Assembly: GCA_964106915.2 (NCBI GenBank)
Contig: OZ066919.1
Reading direction: 5' to 3' (one strand)
Origin: Podarcis gaigeae
Taxonomy: Eukaryota
DNA length: 64,000 bases
Shown here in pieces: positions 1-11,640 of this stretch. A program made the position numbers and the translations under genes. The notes under the pieces were generated by a model. It had not been told where the DNA came from and searched no databases. It saw only the letters and a program-made list of their open reading frames with translations. How positions within the stretch are numbered: the first letter of the stretch is position 1; each line of letters starts with the position of its first letter.

Positions 1-768
1 ATTAAAAGATAAATTAGAGTCTCTTGAAATCACCAGTTATTTAGCAAGCATATGAAGCAAAGAGAATTCTTTGTTGATGAATTAGTAGATAAGGGAACTG
101 ATAGATATTTCTAAATTTTATACATTGAAAAAAGTTGCTGATGTTACCACCTGCTGATAGTAGTTAAGAGAACTATGTAGTTATGAGATCATTTTTTGAG
201 ACAAGGGAACTTCAGAGTAAGTGTGATTTGTATGTTCCATTGAAAACAGTGGGAATTCTAAGAAATGTGTGTAGGATTGACATGTATCAGTTGGTGTTAA
301 AAAATTACTACAAGTTATGCTGTTAGGCAAGACCTGGGGGAAAAGTCTAGGACCCCACTCAGCAAAATGAGAGATGTAGTAGGTCAGTAACACCAGTATG
401 GGCCTGGCATATTCTGAAGTATTTGAAATTATAGAAACTCATCTAAAGAGCAGGCTCTTGTGAGTCTATTTAGTCAAGAGACTAAAATTACCTAACTAAA
501 CCATGAATATATGCAATTAATTGTATTATGGCACTCATTGCCACAGAATGTGGTTGAAATGAGGCTCTGGTAAATTGGCAAGAGGGTTGTTCTCTGGCAC
601 ATAATTGAGTTCTGAATATTTCCTCTTGATAATAAAGTGTGTGCGTTCTCTACTTCGAAAAAAGATCATAATTCTATATCAAGCATAATTCTGTGGCCAG
701 AATTAATTATAGAATTTAATGTCTTTCTGCTTATTTTCAATAACGTATTCTGTTTCCAACATTTATGA

Positions 769-1306
769 GATGAGGAAGGAGCTTGTAGGACACTGAAGCC
801 ATCTTGCTGCCCACTGTCTACAGTTTATGGTATTTAACCTTGCAACAACTCTACTTCTAAAGGTAAAGGTAAAGGTACCCCTGCCCGTACGGGCCAGTCT
901 TGCCAGACTCTGGGGTTGTGCGCCCATCTCACTCAAGAGGCCAGGGGCCAGCGCTGTCCGAAGACACTTCCGGGTCACATGGCCAGCGTGACATCGCTGC
1001 TCTGGTGAGCCAGAGCCGCACACGGAAACGCCGTTTACCTTCCCGCTAGTAAGCGGTCCCTATTTATCTACTTGCACCCGGAGGTGCTTTCGAACTGCTA
1101 GGTTGGCAGGCGCTGGGACCGAGCAGCGGGAGCGCACCCCGCCGCGGGGATTCGAACCGCCGACCTTTCGATCGGCAAGCCCTAGGCGCTGAGGCTTTTA
1201 CCCACAGCGCCACCCGATGAGGAAGGAGCTTGTAGGACACTGAAGCCATCTTGCTGCCCACTGTCTACAGTTTATGGTATTTAACCTTGCAACAACTCTA
1301 CTTCTA
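769..1306. repeat. 91-bp perfect direct repeat (769-859 and 1216-1306) flanking the SINE
   Basis: Both copies read gatgaggaaggagc...ctacttcta and are identical on manual comparison. Confidence 0.95.
860..1215 (-). mobile_element. Sauria SINE, near full length, young
   Basis: tRNA-like head with box B GGTTCGAATCC on the - strand, (ACCTTT)n tail, CpGs intact, flanked by identical 91-bp direct repeats. Confidence 0.9.
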
Positions 1307-4300
1307 GCCTACCATTAATATTTTGTAAGGGCTAGGAATGGGCTTTTCTAAAATTTGAACTTGAGAGTCTCAGTATGCTAGATTCTCTGTTTAAATATAA
1401 TCTTCAAGAGCATATGTGTTATACATCCTGCTCAGGTAAAATTATTTTTCTGTGCTCCTCTATAATGAAATACCAGCATTCAAGTGAGAATTTGGCACCT
1501 AGCACAAAGTTAGATGTTTCATAAATAACAGCTGGGGCTGAGGACTCTCATAGTTGGTCATGGTGCTCATCATATATGGCATTACTTATATTCTATATAA
1601 AATGCATTGTCTCAAAGCACTCATTTCTGTGTTTCAGTTCCTGTGTCAATCACAATTCTCCATCCAACTGCTTTAATTAGTTCTTCCCCAACTGATTGTA
1701 TTTGAACTGTCTTGCAGTATTGGGAAGATCTTACTTGTTACCACTGGTTTTGATCCTGGCCTCATTTAAGTGGTTTAAGCAGGAGATTGGCATTGCATTG
1801 CAACCCTTATGGTATGATATAGTTATGCTGATTATTTTGTCACCATTTGATTTCCCCAGTGCGTTGTGTTTTCTTTAGTACTGTCTTTTGTGAACACTTC
1901 CCACCTTTCAATTTTAATTCTTTCTGGTAAGGGAGTGTTAATGAAGCATTGAGTCACACATGTGCTGCTCTGCAGCTGTATTTATGCTTGATCCCCCCCC
2001 CCATTTGAAACTTTTCACTGGTTCTATTTCAGTTTGGAGAGCATAAGTACTGCATCTGCTGATCATTATAGTGACTCTGGCCTGGCTTTGATGAAACAAT
2101 GCTGTTTGCCATGACACTGAAACACTATTTTCCATACCTGCCTGCCTGGGTCTTAAAATATTCAGCTGAGACTCTTTTCCTATGTATTCACAAACAAGAG
2201 AGTATTTCCTGTTGCAATATCCCAGCTTTGGAATACCTTCCCCTAAGAGGTATAACTGGCACCAGTCAAGAATGTTTATACATTCTTTTTGTATACACAG
2301 AAAGCCAAGCAGAAATCTGTCTCACCTCTGAATGGATATTAATGTGCAGGGCAAAAGGTTTGTGGGTTGTATGATGAAATATATTGAATTGCACTGCTAG
2401 GTGGTATAAAAGGTATAGTTGCAAATTAATTAGAATAAGCATACTTATTCTGGAAACACTTGACTTTTAGAATTGGACATTTGATTTAAATGGATTCACC
2501 CATTCATTTACAGTTTGATTTGCCCTAATCCACCAAGCTGTGGGAGGGGGGCATTCTCTAAATTATAATGATAATTCTTTTGATAAGAATTAGTTTTGTA
2601 TTTCCCAATCCATGGAAATAATATGCTTTTGAGGTGGCTAAAACTGGATTGGTGGAATCGTTTATATAGTTAGATAATCTTTGCACAAAGGTTGAATTGT
2701 TGCAGTATCCCCACATGTTTGTAATCTAATACAGTTTGAGGTCTCACACTATGCTTTTGTGAATTGTAGAGCAATGGTATTATGGTAGTGGGAAATACTG
2801 TAAGACGAGGATAGTGGGTGGTGACATTACAGTCTTAGTAGGGGCTACGGTTATGTAAGTCCAGGTCCTCAAAGAATGTATGGCAGTAGAGCTGAACAAA
2901 TAACATTGTACCTAAACGTTGCTGGTTCAGCCATGAAATACTACATTGCAGAAGTATTGCTTTGAAGTCCTAGATATTATCTTTGCTTAATAACAGTTGC
3001 TGCCCTCAGTATCACTGAACTTTGAATTAGTTGTTGCTAAAGTGCAAATCTTCATGATCTAATTATGTTTATGAGCAGACAGATAGTCCTGCTCATATTC
3101 TTCTTTCCACACTTCCTTTTACCAGTGTTTTGTAGCAGTGGTTTTGAAACTTAAAACACATTATTTATTTAATTTAAAATAATTTATATTTTGCTGTTCC
3201 TATCTGGGGAGGTCAGAGCAGCATACTTTAAAAACAGTAAAACAATGTTATAGCCAGTGCCAAAACTCATGGCCATTGTACCTTTTCATTGTAGTTATTT
3301 TCCTGAATGTTAGCTCCCTTACCTTGACAGATAACAGTTTCTTCTCTAGCACAATTCATAAATAGCATTGCATTCCTTCTGTTTATTTAAAAACAACAAC
3401 ACCTCACCCCTACTTTGCACTGCCCAAGCTGTTCAACTCTAGGGATTTTTCAGGCAGTTACTTAAAGAAATTACAGCAAAATATTCCATACCCTCAATAG
3501 GATTATTTATAAAGTAAAGTGGGGAACAATGCTTGCTTTCTTATGCCATTCATTAATATAAAAAGCAATATCTTTAGAATATATTTCTCTGTAATTATCC
3601 ACATAAGATCTGCAGCTAAAGTAGTCACTTGCTTATAAAGGCATGTTTTGTAATGGTTTATTATTAGTATCTGGAATTAGCAGTGAGAGCTTTTTCAGCC
3701 ATGCTTTCCATCCAGTACTCAATTAAAAAATAAAACACATGACTGTGACAATGAGTAGATTCTTTGGCACCAAGACTGACTGGGAGACTAAGTTGTTCTT
3801 AAAACCAAGTATTCTGATTTAGCTGGCTGGAATATGAGGGGATAGGGTGTTGTTCAAACTGCTGAAGAGTAAATGTTGGCTGCATCCTTACTTAGCATGC
3901 ATCTGCAACCATGGACGAAGGAATGTTTAAGTTCTGAAGTGTCTCAGACTTCAGCTAGTGTCAAAAACGTCAGCACTGAAAACTGACAAGCATAAAATCT
4001 GTTAGCCAGTAGAGATTGCCTAGAAGGCTAGATCATTTGGACATTGTTCAGCAACCCCAAAGCAGCTTTGGTAGGTAGAGCAAGCATGCATGACGAGGGA
4101 GCAAGACTGATGGTAGTAGAGTGCAGTTTCTTTTCTTAACAAGTATCTGACTCTCTTTGGAGTTTTGAAGAATTCATAATAAATTATTTCCATCTGAAAA
4201 TTAACTTGCTATTTTATTTGAGGGTATGGATGTAAACTCCTAGCAACTCATTTTAGTTTCTCTTACTATTTTACTTATTGTCTGAGGTCTTTCCCCCCCA

Positions 4301-6402
4301 AAGCCTTGGCTTTTATTTCTATATTGCTGAACTGATCAACAGAGAGCTCCAGTTGTGTAGAGCCCATGCAGTGCGGAGTGGGACTGTACCTGCTATCTCT
4401 GACCACTAGGGATATCTGATAGCCACACATTGAAGATAATGTTGGAAAAGGGCCTATGCACATACTCCAAGTATGCACAGGGCTGGTATATATTATGGCT
4501 GAATACACACTTTGATTCTGAGGGGTAGTATGTGGATTGGGCCTGTGAGTACTGGATTCTGTACTTTCAGCATTATTACTATTTTGAGTCAGATGGCTGT
4601 ACATATGAGCTGAGAGGCCAGTGGACATTGTTCTACACTGAGTGGGTTTGACACACTTTTATGACTCTTTTTATTTTTTGTTTTCTGATAGAAACAATTA
4701 AAGTCAGTTTTGAATCTAACAGCCACCAGATTTTTGAAATTCATTGTATATATTCAGTAGGGAGAAATATTTTCTCTCTCTGAGTTCCAGCATCATGTTA
4801 AGCATTTTGGTGGGCAGATGCCTAGAATTTAGAATATTTCAAGCCCTGCACATGTTCATGTCTTTGCATGCAGTCAAGAGTGTGTGCCGTTAATTGGTGT
4901 CTTGGCTAGAAGAGCCAGTTGAGCACTCTTCTTGGTTTTTTGCTTGCTGATTCCAAGACTTGTCTGCATTGAGATAACATGTTCTGTTCTTGCTATGTAC
5001 ATTAGAGAGAAATCTACAGTTCACAAATGCTTAATGCCACATTTGCACTGCTAAGTCTTGGTCTGTCAAATTGCTTGTAGGGTATGGGTATGTTAATTTT
5101 TCAAAATTGTGACAGATTCTTCAGTGGCAATTTTGAGATAGAGGGTTCCAAAACAAGTGGTGTTGTATGCCAGTGAGCATCTTATTATTAAATAATAATC
5201 AGCTGAACATTGGGGATGTGAAGCTGCATTTTCCCCTTGTGCTTTGACTTAAATTTGCTAAACATTTTACTGATGTCATTATTTGTTTCAGAAACCATAG
5301 GGAAAACAAATTTTGAGTTTTTTTGTACAGCAAGAGGTATTCTTTTCATCCAACCATTTACTGGTTTCAGCTAGAGGACCTGGGACACAATGTTAAATGT
5401 CTAGGTACCCAACAAGTGACATACTTTATCAGTACTTTTTCTTATCAGCCAACCCTCAAGTCTGCTGCTGCTGTTGTTGAATGCCAAGTTGGCTCTTAAT
5501 AAGATATCCCTCATCCATGATCCTACTGTGGATGAAGAGCCGATCTGCTCTGTATCACTGAGTCCTGGGTGGGTGAGCAGGGTGGTCTTATCCAGCTTTC
5601 CCACCTGTGTACATGGTGCAGCATCAGGGCAGACTTGAGGGTTGAGGAAGGGGAAGTTACTGTGGTCTATAGAAATTCAGTCTCTGCTGGTTTACTGCCA
5701 GCATCACTGCCCAGCAGTCGAGCTTACAGAGCTGTTCTCCAAGGTGGTGTTGAGGACTCAGACTGATGGTTTTGGGGGACTTCCATGCAAGGTGGTTGCA
5801 GTGACAGCAGAAACCACAACTGAATTTCCTTGTCAGAATCTAAACTTTAGATCTATCACCTGTCATCTTGGTCTGTAAGTTAATGAAAACAAAACAAAAT
5901 ACTGTTCCAAATTATCTTTGTTGAGTCTCATCTAGTGAATAAGAGAGGCAGTTCTGATCTATGATGCTTGCCTTGGAGACTACAACTTCATTTTTTTCTT
6001 GGCAAAGGATTCTAAGATTCTAGACTCATGATAAACTGATGTTGATGAGACAGAAGATAATGACACTGACCAAAGCATCTTTGGGGCACAGGTAGATTTT
6101 TATGCTGCTAGGCACAATGGTCTTCTGACATGGGATCAAATTCTATATCGCTCTTTCTGCTTTTGATTCTGCTCTGTGATCACAGAGCAAATGTGCCTGT
6201 TGTTTTCAGGGAGAGTCATGGAGTATTTCTAAAGTTTATTCAGAATCTCCTCCTTTATTAGTTTGTGTCACAGATTCCTTGCCACCTCTGTTCTTCATCC
6301 TCAAATCTTCTCCAACTATCTATCCTTCATATTTGCCCTTCAAGCCATTGCTTACTCCATACTTTTCTCCTTGTCCTTTAGCCTCACTATGTCCCACACA
6401 AT

Positions 6403-6591
6403 AAAAAAATTCCTTCCGGTAGCACCTTAGAGACCAACTAAGTTTGTTATTGGTTTGAGCTTTCGTGTGCATGCACACTTCTTCAGATACTGCTCATACC
6501 AATAACAAACTTAGTTGGTCTCTAAGGTGCTACTGGAAGGAGATTTTTTTTTTTTTACTACGGCAGACCAACATGGCTACCTACCTGTAAC
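6403..6591. mobile_element. Penelope-like element terminal fragment, inverted-repeat arrangement, hammerhead motif on - strand
   Basis: Inverted arms ~6411-6460 and ~6492-6541; - strand reads GTAT-CTGAAGA-A-GTGTGCATGCACAC-GAAA-GCTC-AAAC. Confidence 0.75.
6452..6490 (-). ncRNA. Minimal hammerhead ribozyme motif (Penelope type)
   Basis: CUGANGA and GAAA boxes, perfect stem II, palindromic AGCU in place of stem III, one mismatch in stem I. Confidence 0.65.
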
Positions 6592-6791
6592 TATGACCCA
6601 CACAGTACCTCTTTTCCAAATGCAACTTACCCTGTATGTGGCTTTGAAAACTAATCAGTTTGACAACTTTGCGTTCTCTCTGAAAAGCCAGGCTGCAGTT
6701 TTCTTCGTTTCCCTTTTTAATTTCCCAAATATTTCACACCATTAGCCAAACTGTTCCAAAGGCTTTAATGCCACAAGTGTAATACAATATA

Positions 6792-7017
6792 CAGTGGTAC
6801 CTCGGGTTAAGTACTTAATTCATTCTGGAGGTCTGTTCTTAACCTGAAACTGTTCTTAACCTGAAGCACCACTTTAGCTAATGGGGCCTCCTGCTGCTGC
6901 CACGCCGCCGCCACGAGATTTCTGTTCTCATCCTGAAGCAAAGTTCTTAACCCGAGGTAGTATATCTGGGTTAGAGGAGTCTGTAACCTGAAGCGTATGT
7001 AACCTGAGGTACCACCA
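6792..7017. mobile_element. Tigger/Tc1-mariner-type MITE, copy A
   Basis: TA + CAGTGGTACCTCGGGTT terminus; same family as copies at 9945, 14246, 46169 and 51201. Confidence 0.85.
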
Positions 7018-9234
7018 GCATGTCTTAATAGAACAGTTCAAGTGTCATGTTCCTGGCTTCATAAACCATAAACTATGGTTTTGAAGCCAGGAACAAGCAT
7101 TGTTCATGTGGTCTCTTCCCCTTGTTCACTAGTGTTGACTTGGAGATCTTCCTTTGTTTTGGATTACATGCAGAGTGGGGAACTTTGTTTTAAAGAAACA
7201 GGATATCTGCTTTAAAACTGGTGCACAGTGGCAGGACTCTCAGTCTTGTTGAAGTTAGAAACTTCATAAACTGCCTTCCATGGATTATGAAGTTAGGAAT
7301 ATTATGTCTGAACCAGCCCATTAGTATGTGTCTTGTTGAGGCATTAAAAGCATGTCAATACATTGTTTGTTCTGTTAAAACTTTAAGTGAGCTGTAACAC
7401 CCTATTGTTACCAGTCCTCAAGGAAAATTTGTGTGAACAAATATGTTTTGACAGAGAATGCTAATCTGTGTTAGTAACACAGTGTACTTTCCTAATATAG
7501 ACAGTCCCCCACTGCTGCTGCTTCCCAGCAGCTCTTTTCAGAGTTCTCATTTGCAACCTGTATGGCACCATAGAGAATTCTCCACAGTATTTCTGGTGTG
7601 GAGCATCACGGTGCTCCTTTGTATTTGCTTTTTACTCATTAAACATATTTTAACCAGGGTGGCCTTCCACAAATACTGTGGAGCAAGAATTGACTACAGT
7701 TTCCCCACCTAGGCTTAGAAGCCACGTTATCTTGCATGAACAACATATGTGTCTCTTTTTCCTCTGCTGGTGAGGAAATATGCATGCCTGAATCCACCAT
7801 AGTGGCTCTGGAGACCTGCAGATAGTACAGGATTTTTTCCTGCAATACTCTGGGCACAGTTCCATGTGAACAGACCACTGTTGTACATCATCTGTTCCCT
7901 CAGTGTGGGTAACAGAAGATCACAATCTGGTCTGTGACTACTGCATCCAGATAATTTTGAATCCAAATTCATTGCCTGCCACAAGAATTCAAACTAAAAA
8001 TACTGTTAGCAGTGCTATTAAATAATTAAGAGTAATCATGCTGCATTCATACAATGAAATGGTTTCATAGCCCCACATCACAGCCTGATGGCACCTGGTG
8101 TAGCTCTGTTTCTAAAGCTAAGTAAATTGAAGCCAAGCTAGTCCTTGGTTGGAGACAAACTTGGAACCCCATGTACCCTGCTCAACTCATGTTGGACATA
8201 CGCTAATTGCATATGAATAAAAATAAATGTGAAGTACTTGAAGAACTTTCTGTGGAGTCAGCAGCACCTTGTAGCATCTGACTCTTCATACAACTTCCTG
8301 TGTGCATGATCACTTGCAAGCAGCTTAAGTGTAGATCTTTTACTTCTCTGTTATGCACACCATTTTAGCAGAACACTAGCAGCTATGTGTTCTGAAATTC
8401 AATATAGGACTTCAAATTTTCTGAAGTACCGTAATATTTATTTCTGTGATCTGTAAATGATTTAGAAATGCATAAGGACATTTTTTTTGCCACTCTGAAC
8501 GTGCTTAATGCACTCAGACTTCTATGGATATTTTCCCTTTTTTATCTTAAATAAGTCTATTTGCTCATTTTATAAAGAAGATACTGGTTGGGCCAGTTAC
8601 TGGAAAATATATGCCTTGAATTCTGGGGAAATATACTTGTTGCCCTCCAGTGGTTAGTTGAATATTAACACATGTTTGGACATGGGTATGCATACCTGTA
8701 CCTTCTAAAACTAATATGCTAATCCTGAAGCAAGCATATTTGCCTTTTTTTTTTTAGCTCACTTGCATTTAGCATGGTGTGGCTGCCTTATATGAAGGAT
8801 TGTGAACTAAATAATTCGTAAAGTTTAAAACAGGTCCAGTCATTCTATTTAGTACTCTCTTGGCACAGCAACCTTTCAGGACATTGCTGAAGATGGCCTT
8901 AGAAGCTGAATGCATGTTACTCATTAACTACTCCAATAATTGCTTGATATTGAGAGTGTGAGGTGGAAATTGGCTAATTGGCAGGTTCAGCACTTCTGCT
9001 GATTTCTGGAAATCTAATAGTTAACTACATCAGCAGAATCTGACTGGAAACAGAACTGCTACCTGGTGTGTAATTGGAGCTTTTTGAATATAAAAGTGCA
9101 TGCTACAGTGCTGGGAGTTGACCTTCTATTTTTATTTGTTACAGAAGCACAATCTGTAAGCATGTAGCCAACACTAATATCTTAGAGCATCTCTCTTTCC
9201 ATGAGTTCTAGAAAAGATAAGCATTATAGTTCCT

Positions 9235-9868
9235 TGTGTGAGTTATTTCCCAACGAGGGGGTGGCTTGACATGCAAATCTGCTCCACTTCCCAGTGGGGA
9301 GGAATTGCGGTGGATTGCGTGACCACCCACTCCCCACCGGGGGCGGGGGACTTTGTCCCCCGTTGCCCGGGGGATCCCGGCCATGTCAGGAATTTTTCCA
9401 CATGGCAAATTGGCACTGGCCATTTGGTTTTCGCCTACCTCATAGCAATCGTTACAACTTGGTTAGGGTTGCGGTTAGGCATTGTATGACCTTGTGGGGG
9501 GGGAGGGGAGGTATGGCCATCACCTGCCCCTCCAAGCTTAAGGGTATTTCGTTAAAGGAATCTGGGGGTGTTGATCTTGTCCGAAGCCCGGGTCAGGGGC
9601 TAGAGCCATGACACGACCCCGATGGGAACACCAGGGGGAGCTCGAGTTGGTATGCATCGACAGGGCTCCCTCTTCTGGTGGTTTACCCTTGCCAGACTTC
9701 CTGCGCATCGGGCAGGAGTCAGATATAGTCGGGTCCATTCAATGCCTAAGCCAATACCGCTCACAATCTGTAATCAATAAAGTTGCGGGCATGGCTACGG
9801 GGTCTTGACACGCAAGGCCTATTGTCCCTTCCATCTTGTTGTTTTATGATAATGGTATATATACTTCA
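9235..9868 (+). mobile_element. Solo LTR, ERV-like
   Basis: TG...CA ends, flanks tcct/acct (4-bp TSD, one mismatch), AATAAA near 9776, GC/CpG-rich block in an AT-rich intron. Confidence 0.7.
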
Positions 9869-9944
9869 ACCTATGATCGTCATCAAGCTTTTGAGTTATT
9901 CTTTGGCAAACATTACAATGGGGAATCCTGAGAATGTCACCGCA

Positions 9945-10181
9945 CAGTGGTACCTCGGGTTACATACACTTCAGGTCACATATGCTTCAGGTTACAGACT
10001 CCGCTAACCCAGAAATAATACCTCAGGTTAAGAACTTTGCTTCAGGATGAGAACAGAAATCGTGCAGCGGCGGTGCAGCGGCAGCAGCAGGAGGCTCCAT
10101 TAGCTAAAGTGGTGCTTCAGGTTAAGAACAGTTTCAGGTTAAGAACAGACCTCCAGAACGAATTAACCCAAGGTACCACTG
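9945..10181. mobile_element. Tigger-type MITE, copy B (opposite orientation to A)
   Basis: TIRs CAGTGGTACCT...AGGTACCACTG followed by TA. Confidence 0.85.
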
Positions 10182-11124
10182 TACTGTTATTTCTCATTGC
10201 CCCAGATCCCAAAGTTGATCAGCATGTAAAGCTCAATTTGCCTCTCTTAGTGCTTTTAGCCTTCCCAGCCTTTTCCAAACAATGGAAGGTATCCATTCAA
10301 AATTACCGTATGTTGGCTAGGCCAGAGTTCAGCTATGCTAGATTAGTTTTACTTCTTTAGGCATCTCAGTGTAAGCTTTGCTTTTTGGGTGGAAGTCTAA
10401 AGATGTGGGAATAATGACTATTTTACACAAACTATTTCCAGGGGTGGGCAACAGTTATCGTTATGAGTAGTTTTCACACCTGTGATGAGAACAAATGTCA
10501 GAGGATATTCAACCTCTAGATGCTGTTCCTGAGATGGCAGTATCTAAGAACAGCCTTTTGATTTACAGTTAAGCCCATCTGTGTGAGAAATGCTCTCACA
10601 AATGGATTTAAAATAACACAGGACTTAAAAAACTTAAGATGGGAAAAACTCTGTAAGATAATGTCATCTAATGAGCCTTGCAGACATAACATAATGGAGC
10701 CTTATAAGTCCAGTAATTTACTTCTTCAAATATTAACAGTAAGGAAGTTTTAAACCCAACATTCAAAAAGTTTATTTATGTTCCTTGGAGTGAAATTTGC
10801 ATTGTCATTTTAGCAAATAACAGAAAGAGCAGAGAAATGATTCTTATGTCAGTTCTGAAGGATTTCTTTTGAGATAAGTCCACCTGTTCATTTGATAACT
10901 GTAACTGTACAAAACCAAATTCTTGAATATAATATTATCTATCTTATTTTAACTAGTTTTAAGCTTTCTTTGCCATTTGTCACCACTGCATTGCTTGCTG
11001 ACTACTAGGGTTGTTTTGTTCAAATTAATTGAACACGCTACGGAAGCGTGTGGACTCCATCCAACAGCCACAGTCTTCTATTCTTTTTAATTTCCCAAAA
11101 ATAAATTTTACAGACGTGGTAACT

Positions 11125-11300
11125 TTTTATTTTCTTATTCACCAGTCATAATTGTATCTCACAACAACCCTGAATGGTAGGTTAGGTTGAGAAATGGTTA
11201 CTGGCCCAAGGTTGCCCAGTTAGCTTCATGCCTGAGTGGGGATTTGAACCCTGGTCTCCCAGGTCCTAGTCCAGTACCTTGACCACTATACTACATTGGC
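11125..11300 (-). mobile_element. Old tRNA-derived CORE-type SINE
   Basis: cacaacaaccctg...ggcccaagg...ggggatttgaaccctggtctcc pattern, box B on the - strand. Confidence 0.6.
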
Positions 11301-11459
11301 TTTCAAAATTAGGAAAAGGTTTGCAGCTGATGGTAGAAGACTAGTTAAGGAGGTATATGGGGAGGTGCAGAGGGGGTTCAGAAGGAATGGTTTGGGGGTT
11401 GCTGCTCCCCCCAGTATCTACCTCTGATGCAGCTAACTGGTTTACACTACTTACATAGC

Positions 11460-11640
11460 AACACATGAAGCGGACTTATACTGAGTCACCATTGGTTTGT
11501 TTAGCTCAGTATTGGCTATGTTGACTGGTAGAGGCTCTCCGGGATTTCAGACAGGATTCTCTCCTAGCCCTAACAAGAGATGTAGGGGATTGAATCTGGG
11601 ACCTTCTGCATGCAAAGCATTTGCTCTATTACTGATCCAA
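11460..11640 (-). mobile_element. tRNA-derived squamate SINE, degraded
   Basis: ggggattgaatctgggaccttctgcatgcaaagc tRNA-like head on the - strand. Confidence 0.6.

Noticed and set aside
5400-5880. Possible CR1-like ORF1 remnant on the - strand
   Set aside because: Similarity is too weak to support a call.
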